Assembly: GCA_003223875.1 (NCBI GenBank)
Contig: QHWY01000081.1
Span: 35,388 to 99,387 of the forward strand
Direction: 5' to 3'
From: Acidobacteriota bacterium
GTDB taxonomy: Bacteria > Acidobacteriota > Terriglobia > 20CM-2-55-15
Length of the DNA: 64,000 nucleotides
The notes under the pieces are model-generated. The model did not search any database. It saw only the letters and a list, made by a program, of their open reading frames with translations, and was not told where the DNA came from. Shown piece after piece: positions 57,278-64,000 of this stretch; position 1 is the stretch's first letter, and each line of letters opens with the position of its first letter. The translations under genes and the position numbers were made by a program.

Positions 57278-57902
57278 GGATCAATCACTGCGCTGGTTGC
57301 CGGACGCGTATGGAACGGTATGGGGTGCGTTGGGAATTGCAATTCAAGCCGGGTTGCCGGTCCCCGCCGGATTCATCGCGTTCCCATCGACTTCCGAGGA
57401 CCGCATCCGCAGCGCCTATGAAGAACTCAAAATTCGAGAGAAGACTCACTTTGTCGCTGTGCGCGGCATCTCTCACGCCATGCTCAACGTGATCGGTCCG
57501 GATCAACTCATGCATTCGCTACACCGGTTATGGATGGACTCACCCGAATCACTCGCTCTGGTACAGCGCATGGTCCATGCGACCTGGTGCGGAAAAGCGC
57601 AATGGCACCGGCGCAATCTGCGCATCAAAGCCAATGAAGGAATGACGATCCTGGATCCGGACACCTACCTTGTGAACAGCATCACCGGAAAGTGCACGCG
57701 CCGCACCCTCGAACCGAAACAAAGAAAGATGATTCGTCATGTAGACGGCACGTCGAAGGTCGTCGAAAGAGAAGGCGAGCGCACGCCTATGCCGGCAGAG
57801 CATTTGAAGCAAATCACAGATCTGGCAGGTCGCGCGGGAAAGGACATCGGTTGGGCTATAGACGACAACGAGCGAGTGTGGCTGCTCAGCATCACTTCAT
57901 AG
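57276..57902 (+). CDS. degenerate stand-alone PEP-synthase/PPDK nucleotide-binding-like protein
   Basis: AGLPVPAGF, AVRG, LVQRMV, PDTY, DIGWA..VWLL. Confidence 0.6.
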   Translation: MDQSLRWLPDAYGTVWGALGIAIQAGLPVPAGFIAFPSTSEDRIRSAYEELKIREKTHFVAVRGISHAMLNVIGPDQLMHSLHRLWMDSPESLALVQRMVHATWCGKAQWHRRNLRIKANEGMTILDPDTYLVNSITGKCTRRTLEPKQRKMIRHVDGTSKVVEREGERTPMPAEHLKQITDLAGRAGKDIGWAIDDNERVWLLSITS

Positions 57903-57961
57903 CCACAAAAAGGCACAAAAAACACAAAACTTTTTTGTGTCCTTTGTGCCTCTTTGTGGCT
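57901..57961. repeat. GCCACAAAAAGGCAC family, copy 4
   Basis: AGCCACAAAAAGGCACAAA ... TTTGTGCCTCTTTGTGGCT. Confidence 0.88.
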
Positions 57962-57971
57962 GTTCCCCGCC

Positions 57972-59027
57972 TTAGGCGATGGTGACCTCTTTAGTCAGGT
58001 ACACATCCTGGATCGCGTTCAGCAGCGCGACTCCTTCTTGCATTGGCCGCTGGAACGCCTTCCGCCCGGAGATCAATCCAGTACCGCCGGCGCGCTTGTT
58101 GATGACGGCGGTCTTCACCGCCTCCTTCAAGTCGCTTTCGCCGGCCGAGGCGCCGCCGGAGTTGATCAAGCCTACCCGGCCCATGTAGCAGTTCGCCACC
58201 TGGTATCGAGTGAGATCGATCGGATGGTCTGTCGTCAGATCCGAATAGACCTTCTTGTGGGTCTTGCCGAAATTCAGAGTGTTGTATCCGCCGTTGTTCT
58301 CCGGCAGTTTCTGCTTAATGATATCCGCCTCGATCGTCACACCGAGATGATTCGCCTGTCCAGTGAGGTCTGCTGAAACGTGATAATCCGCCTCTTTTGT
58401 TTTGAACGCCGAATTCCGGAGATAGCACCACAACACCGTGGACATTCCAAGAATGTGGGCCTCATGGAACATCTGGGTGATTTCCTGGATCTGACGCTTC
58501 GATTCCTCCGAACCGAAATAGATCGTCGCACCGACGCCTGTGCAGCCCATGTCGAATGCCTGTTTGATATTCGCGAAAAGAATCTGGTCGAAACTGTTCG
58601 GATACGAAAGAAACTCGTTGTGATTGAACTTCAGAAGAAAAGGAATCTTGTGCGCGTACTTACGCGCGACCGAACCTAGCACCCCTAGAGTAGTCGCTAC
58701 GGCGTTGCAACCGCCTTCGATGGCCAGCTTCACAATGTTCTCGGGATCGAAATAGATGGGATTGGGAGCGAAGGATGCGCCGGCAGAATGCTCGATTCCC
58801 TGATCCACCGGCAAAATCGAAACGTAACCCGTGCCCGCCAGCCGGCCCGATTTGAAGAGCTGCTGCAGGCTGACCAATGAGCGAGTCGGACGGTCCGATC
58901 CTACATATATCCGGTCAATGAAATCGGGACCCGGCAGATGGAGCTTGTCTTTTGAAATCGTCTTGCATTGATGATTGAGCAAACGTTCGGTATCAGACCC
59001 GAGTATTTCCTGAATTCTCCCAAGCAT
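57972..59027 (-). CDS. fbaB: class I fructose-bisphosphate aldolase (DhnA type)
   Basis: [40 protein letters not shown]. Confidence 0.96.
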   Translation of the reverse strand: MLGRIQEILGSDTERLLNHQCKTISKDKLHLPGPDFIDRIYVGSDRPTRSLVSLQQLFKSGRLAGTGYVSILPVDQGIEHSAGASFAPNPIYFDPENIVKLAIEGGCNAVATTLGVLGSVARKYAHKIPFLLKFNHNEFLSYPNSFDQILFANIKQAFDMGCTGVGATIYFGSEESKRQIQEITQMFHEAHILGMSTVLWCYLRNSAFKTKEADYHVSADLTGQANHLGVTIEADIIKQKLPENNGGYNTLNFGKTHKKVYSDLTTDHPIDLTRYQVANCYMGRVGLINSGGASAGESDLKEAVKTAVINKRAGGTGLISGRKAFQRPMQEGVALLNAIQDVYLTKEVTIA

Positions 59028-59055
59028 GAACTCCTCCGTGCGAAATAATTCAAAC

Positions 59056-59274
59056 TTATCTCCTATTTAGGAGGCCAAAGAGCAGCGTGAGAATCACACT
59101 GATTAAGATCGAAGTTCCGAGCGGAAAATAAAACGTAAAGTTGTCGCGCTGATAGTGAAAGTCAAGCGGAAGGCGGCCGAGCCGGAATGGCAGCCTCGGT
59201 CCAAGCATGAGCACAAAACCGACAAGCGCCAAAAGACCGCCCATCACAACGAGCAATCGGCCCACTTGCTCCAT
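59056..59274 (-). CDS. DUF2905 family membrane protein
   Basis: [26 protein letters not shown]; start MEQVGR at 59274. Confidence 0.88.
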   Translation of the reverse strand: MEQVGRLLVVMGGLLALVGFVLMLGPRLPFRLGRLPLDFHYQRDNFTFYFPLGTSILISVILTLLFGLLNRR

Positions 59275-59300
59275 GAGATTATTGTACGCCTGAGGCAAGG

Positions 59301-59359
59301 AAATTCGGGGAAGCGCGCAATTTCTTGCAGTGCCGAAATTGCTTACTGTCCCCGAATTT
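59301..59359. repeat. AAATTCGGGG-family inverted repeat
   Basis: AAATTCGGGGA..GCAATTTC / GAAATTGC..TCCCCGAATTT. Confidence 0.75.
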
Positions 59360-59365
59360 GCCGGC

Positions 59366-59776
59366 TCAAACAATCTCCAGTTGGTTGAAGAAATAGCCGA
59401 TCTCGAATGCTGCCGTCTCCGGACCATCGGATCCGTGAATCGCATTCCGCTCGATGTTGGTCCCGAATTGCTTCCGGATGGTACCCGCATCCGCTTTGCC
59501 GGGATCGGTCGCGCCCATCACCTTGCGGAGCTTGTCGATCGCGTTGTCCGCCTCCAGGACCATCAGAACGACCGGCCCTTCGGTCATGAATTTCACAAGA
59601 CTTGGGAAAAACGGCCGTTCTTTGTGAACATAATAGAAGCCCTGCGCCTGTGTCTCAGTGAGATGAAGCATCTTCATCGCCCGGATTCGAAAGCCTTCCT
59701 TCTCGAGTCTGCTGATGATTGCGCCGGCATTCCCCGCCTTGACGGTATCCGGTTTAAGAATCGTGAATGTTTTCAT
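59366..59776 (-). CDS. ndk: nucleoside diphosphate kinase
   Basis: [21 protein letters not shown]. Confidence 0.97.
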   Translation of the reverse strand: MKTFTILKPDTVKAGNAGAIISRLEKEGFRIRAMKMLHLTETQAQGFYYVHKERPFFPSLVKFMTEGPVVLMVLEADNAIDKLRKVMGATDPGKADAGTIRKQFGTNIERNAIHGSDGPETAAFEIGYFFNQLEIV

Positions 59777-60642
59777 GATAAGCACGCCTTCATCGCGTCA
59801 CCGATCTCCGCCGGACTCTTCACGACACGAATGCCCGCAGCTTCCATTGCTTTCATTTTCTCTGCCGCTGTCCCCGTTCCGCCTGCCACGATCGCGCCCG
59901 CATGCCCCATCCGCCGGCCCGGCGGCGCCGTCTGGCCGCAGATGAAACCGACGACGGGTTTCTTCACGTTCGCCCTGATATAAGCTGCGGCTTCTTCTTC
60001 CGCAGTCCCGCCGATCTCACCGATCATGATAATGCCCCGCGTCTCCGGATCCTCATTGAAGAGCTGGATTGCATCGATGAAGTTCGTGCCGATGATCGGA
60101 TCTCCACCGATACCGATACAGGTCGATTGCCCGATCTTCCGCCGCGTGAGTTGGCCAACCGCTTCATACGTCAGAGTCCCGCTGCGCGACACGACGCCTA
60201 CATGGCCTTCAAGATGAATATGGCCCGGCATGATTCCCACTTTGCACTTGCCGGGTGAAATGATTCCGGGACAGTTCGGTCCGATCAACCGCGTCTTTTT
60301 CCCTTTCAGAAATGCGCTCGCGCGCACCATATCGAACGTCGGAACACCTTCGGTGATTGAAACAACCAATTCGATGCCCGCTGCCGCGGCTTCCAAAATC
60401 GCGTCCGCTGCAAACGCGGGCGGAACAAAAATTATGGATGCATTCGCGCCCGTTTTGCGGCGCGCTTCTTCGACGGTATTGAAAACAGGAATGCCTTCAT
60501 GGGTCGTGCCGCCTTTACCCGGCGTCACGCCACCAACGACTTGAGTTCCGTACTTCACGGCTTGCAGCGCGTGGAAGCGACCTTCCCGGCCAGTGATGCC
60601 TTGAACCAGCAGGCGCGTGTTCTCGTCTACCAATACACTCAT
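59773..60642 (-). CDS. sucD: succinyl-CoA synthetase alpha subunit
   Basis: [27 protein letters not shown]. Confidence 0.98.
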   Translation of the reverse strand: MSVLVDENTRLLVQGITGREGRFHALQAVKYGTQVVGGVTPGKGGTTHEGIPVFNTVEEARRKTGANASIIFVPPAFAADAILEAAAAGIELVVSITEGVPTFDMVRASAFLKGKKTRLIGPNCPGIISPGKCKVGIMPGHIHLEGHVGVVSRSGTLTYEAVGQLTRRKIGQSTCIGIGGDPIIGTNFIDAIQLFNEDPETRGIIMIGEIGGTAEEEAAAYIRANVKKPVVGFICGQTAPPGRRMGHAGAIVAGGTGTAAEKMKAMEAAGIRVVKSPAEIGDAMKACLS

Positions 60643-61808
60643 TAATGACTGCCTTTCGCTGCAGCAACTACTTTCTCGGCCGCGTCCTTCATGCCGTCGG
60701 CCACGATGAAATTCAATCCGGAATTCCGAAGGATTTCCTGGGCCTGCTCGACGTTCGTGCCTTCCAGGCGGACCACAACCGGAATCTGCACTCCAATGGT
60801 CTTTGCCGCTTCAACGACACCGGAGGCCACAATGTCACACCGCATGATCCCACCAAAGATATTGATCAGCACCGCCTTCACGTTCTTGTCCGACAGAAGA
60901 ATCCGAAACGCGTTCTTCACCTGCTCAGCCGACGCGCCACCGCCGACGTCAAGGAAGTTCGCGGGACTGCCGCCGGAAAGCTTGATGATGTCCATCGTCG
61001 CCATCGCCAGGCCCGCGCCATTGACCATACATGCAACGTTCCCATCGAGCTTGATGTAATTCAATCCGAACTTGCTGGCTTCGATCTCCAAGGGATCCTC
61101 TTCGTTCAGGTCGCGCAGTTCCTTGAGGTCTTTATGCCGGTAGAGCGCATTGTCATCGAAGTTCACTTTCGCATCGAGCGCGTAGACTTTGTTGTCGCCG
61201 GTCACGAGGAAGGGATTGATTTCAGCAAGCGATGCATCCATTTCTTCAAAGGCCTTGTACAGACCCATCATGAATTGCGCTGCATCATTAATTAACTCCG
61301 GCGCAAGACCCAGACCAAACGCCAGTCGTCGCGCCTGAAAAGGCTGCAGGCCGAGTCCAGGTTCGACATATTCCTTTAGGATGAGTTCGGGATTTTTCGC
61401 AGCGACTTCTTCGATGTCCATTCCACCTGATGCCGACGCCATGAACACGGGTTTTCCGGCCTTGCGATCGATCGCGATTCCAAGGTAGAGCTCTTTCCGA
61501 ATATCCAGGCCTTCCTCGATAAGAACCTTCTGAACCCGCCGCCCTTCCGGTCCCGTCTGCGCCGTCACCAGATTCATGCCCAGCATGCGGCCGGCGATTT
61601 CGGACGCCTCGTCAGGCGACTTTGCCAGCTTCACTCCTCCGCCTTTTCCTCTTCCACCAGCATGAATTTGAGCCTTTACCACGACAGCTCCGCCGATCCT
61701 GTGCGCGATTTCCCTGGCTTCTTCCTTCGTGTATGCAACCTCACCGCGGGGAATCCTAACGTTGTGGCGCGCTAAGATCTGCTTGGCCTGGTATTCATGT
61801 ATTTTCAT
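60642..61808 (-). CDS. sucC: succinyl-CoA synthetase beta subunit
   Basis: [44 protein letters not shown]. Confidence 0.98.
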   Translation of the reverse strand: MKIHEYQAKQILARHNVRIPRGEVAYTKEEAREIAHRIGGAVVVKAQIHAGGRGKGGGVKLAKSPDEASEIAGRMLGMNLVTAQTGPEGRRVQKVLIEEGLDIRKELYLGIAIDRKAGKPVFMASASGGMDIEEVAAKNPELILKEYVEPGLGLQPFQARRLAFGLGLAPELINDAAQFMMGLYKAFEEMDASLAEINPFLVTGDNKVYALDAKVNFDDNALYRHKDLKELRDLNEEDPLEIEASKFGLNYIKLDGNVACMVNGAGLAMATMDIIKLSGGSPANFLDVGGGASAEQVKNAFRILLSDKNVKAVLINIFGGIMRCDIVASGVVEAAKTIGVQIPVVVRLEGTNVEQAQEILRNSGLNFIVADGMKDAAEKVVAAAKGSH

Positions 61809-61850
61809 GATTGCCTCAACTGAAAAACGATCAAAAAGAACAAACTGAAC

Positions 61851-61879
61851 AATTTACAGGTGAGCGGAGAGGGTGTCAA
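61851..61879 (-). promoter_or_regulatory. putative sigma70 promoter of sucCD-ndk
   Basis: Minus strand TTGACA-17 bp-TAAATT. Confidence 0.65.
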
Positions 61880-62085
61880 TGCGAGGACCCAGATCGCATG
61901 GGATGGGTGTTTCGGACAGGGCCGAAGTTCAAGGATTAATCCCACTTTAGGTCGGAGCATTTCATTGCGATATCGCTTGTAACCGTTATGCCTACAGACT
62001 ATACGTACGTTCCGGCACAGAAATTTTCGTTATTACGTGCTTGGTTGTCGGCGGGTCGCACGGCCAAGACATCGAGAAGTGGGTT

Positions 62086-63798
62086 ATGGCGGTTTTGAAC
62101 GTCCTTGTGATCGAAGATTCCCAAGAAGACACCTTACTAATGATAAGGGAGCTCAAAAAGGCGGGATATTCGGTAAATTTCGAACAGGCATCCAGCGCCG
62201 CTACGCTTGCAGCGGCCCTAGCGAAGGGCGGTTGGGATATCGTCTTTAGCGATTTCACGCTGCCCGGCTTCAGTGGAACGGCGGCGCTGGCGCAAGTCCG
62301 CAAACATGACGCGGAAATTCCCTTCATCTTCACTTCTGGGACCATTGGAGAAGATACGGCCGTCGCGGCCATGAGGACCGGAGTGGACGACTATGTAATG
62401 AAAAACAACTTGAAGCGGCTGGTGCCCGCTGTGGAGCGTGCGCTGCGGGAAGTTTCGGTTCGCAGCGCCCGCCGGCGGGCCGAAGAACGCGTCATCCATC
62501 TCGCTTATCATGACGCTCTTACTGATTTGCCGAACCGATACCTGCTTCAAGATCGGCTTAAACAAGCCATATCCAGCGCCCGCCGTGTGCATGAACCGGT
62601 CGCGTTGCTGGTTATGGACCTGAATGGTTTCAAAGCGATCAACGATTCGCTAGGCCACTACGTGGGCGACTGTGTTTTGCAACAAGTCGCGGCACGCCTG
62701 AGTAGGGTTATGCGGGAATCGGACACTATCGCCCGTCTTGGCGGGGATGAATTTGCATTTGTGTTGCCCCGCACCGATGGCGAAGGGGCAACGGCTGTCG
62801 CGCGCAAGTTTCTCCGCTCCTTGAAGGAACCGATCCTTTTCGAAGAATGTTCGTTAATGGTCAGCGGCAGCATTGGGATAGCGTGGTTCCCCGAACATGG
62901 CGCAACCGGTGAATCGCTGCTGCAAAAAGCAGATATTGCGATGTATGCCGCGAAGACGGGGAAACTGGAATGCGCAATCTATACGGACGAACGCGATCTG
63001 CAAGCCCACAGGCGCCTCACCATCATCACGGAACTACAAGAAGGCATCGAACGGGACGAATTCATCTGCGAATATCAACCTTTGGTCAACTTGAAAACCG
63101 GTAGGGTCACTTGTCTGGAGGCGCTGGCGCGATGGCGGCATCCGCGGCACGGTTTGTTGCCGCCCGAAGCGTTCATCGGCAACGCCGAACAAACCGGCCT
63201 GATCGAGCCTCTCACCATACGAGTGTTGGAGAAAGCACTCGATGACTGGAACACATCGTATTCGCATTTGCAGATCCCCATTTTCGTGAATCTTTCGCCG
63301 CGAAACCTGCAAGATCCGGAACTTCCGGATCGAATCAAGGACCTTCTTCGAAGCCGCGCAATTCCGCCTTCGATGCTTGGGTTGGAGATCACGGAGAACT
63401 TTGTCATGTCGGATCCGTTGCGCGCCTCCAAGTACCTGACGCGTCTGCACGATATGGGGACGACGTTGGCCATCGATGATTTCGGCACAGGATATTCTTC
63501 GCTCAGTTATCTCTGGCAGCTGCCGGTGGATGTACTGAAGATCGATCGCTCGTTTGTCGCTGAATTGGCGCGTGCCGAGGATACCATCGTTAAGTGCGCG
63601 ATCGATCTGGGACACAATCTCGGCCTTTCAGTGGTTGCCGAGGGCGTCGAATCGGCGGGCGTTCGGGATCGTCTTCGTAAGTTAGGGTGCGATGCCGCGC
63701 AGGGATTCTTTCTGGCCAGGCCGAGTCCCGCGCAAGAGACTCTTCGCTGGGTTGAGCAACAGCAGGGCACAAGATTCATGGCAGGCGGGCGTGGATGA
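62086..63798 (+). CDS. REC-GGDEF-EAL c-di-GMP enzyme
   Basis: VLVIED..SD receiver; HDALTDLPNR; RLGGDEF; EALARW; DDFGTGYSS; AEGVE. Confidence 0.95.
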   Translation: MAVLNVLVIEDSQEDTLLMIRELKKAGYSVNFEQASSAATLAAALAKGGWDIVFSDFTLPGFSGTAALAQVRKHDAEIPFIFTSGTIGEDTAVAAMRTGVDDYVMKNNLKRLVPAVERALREVSVRSARRRAEERVIHLAYHDALTDLPNRYLLQDRLKQAISSARRVHEPVALLVMDLNGFKAINDSLGHYVGDCVLQQVAARLSRVMRESDTIARLGGDEFAFVLPRTDGEGATAVARKFLRSLKEPILFEECSLMVSGSIGIAWFPEHGATGESLLQKADIAMYAAKTGKLECAIYTDERDLQAHRRLTIITELQEGIERDEFICEYQPLVNLKTGRVTCLEALARWRHPRHGLLPPEAFIGNAEQTGLIEPLTIRVLEKALDDWNTSYSHLQIPIFVNLSPRNLQDPELPDRIKDLLRSRAIPPSMLGLEITENFVMSDPLRASKYLTRLHDMGTTLAIDDFGTGYSSLSYLWQLPVDVLKIDRSFVAELARAEDTIVKCAIDLGHNLGLSVVAEGVESAGVRDRLRKLGCDAAQGFFLARPSPAQETLRWVEQQQGTRFMAGGRG

Positions 63799-63923
63799 TT
63801 CGAAACCAGGTCATCCTTCTAGCCGTAGACTTCGACCAGTTCGTCAAGGCGGCCGGGCACATCAGCGAATACTGGTTGGGCTTCAATGAACCTCCGCCGA
63901 GCCGGCCGGAGGCATCTCGATGA
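63795..63923 (+). pseudogene. 42-aa remnant of a single-domain response regulator C-terminus
   Basis: VDFDQFVKAAGHISEYWLGFNEPPP; ATGA overlaps with both neighbours. Confidence 0.55.
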
Positions 63924-64000
63924 GAACAGCCTTCGAAAGGTTGGTCGAAGGCCGATTTCGGGATCTGCTGGAATCCGCTCCAGACGCGATGGTCATTGTC
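63920..64000 (+). CDS. PAS-domain sensor protein, N-terminus (runs off window end)
   Basis: MRTAFERLVEGRFRDLLESAPDAMVIV; GGAGG RBS. Confidence 0.8.
   Translation, partial: MRTAFERLVEGRFRDLLESAPDAMVIV

Overview
GC-rich (about 58% by eye) bacterial chromosome segment, most likely Acidobacteriota (inferred from two TIGR03437/Solibacter-type C-terminal-domain proteins, an acidobacterial-type OMP remnant, and sucC-sucD-ndk order). No rRNA, tRNA, CRISPR or transposase was seen. Main blocks: mtnD/mtnC; tandem PAL-like NHL proteins; a complete Tad/Flp pilus operon (16956-29954) carrying a GT-C-like gene beside the pilin; a divergent operon with two large TIGR03437-type beta-propeller proteins plus a second CpaF ATPase with an altered His box; an exact 20-bp-period palindromic array between those two operons; a NatAB-like ABC system fused to a CPBP protease, preceded by an unannotated 52-aa peptide; ferritin-like cargo plus family 1 encapsulin; a thrC-like/sulfur-carrier pair behind a terminator-containing leader; a GntR-linked oxalate locus (oxalate oxidoreductase-like oorDAB, frc, oxlT, a KPR-like gene, no oxc in the window); and housekeeping genes (xseA, fbaB, ndk, sucCD). 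The region is rich in REP-like palindromes and MITEs. Some are nested, some are inserted in frame into signal peptides, and one forms a bridging mini-ORF. All family assignments come from motif recognition by eye, not from database searches.
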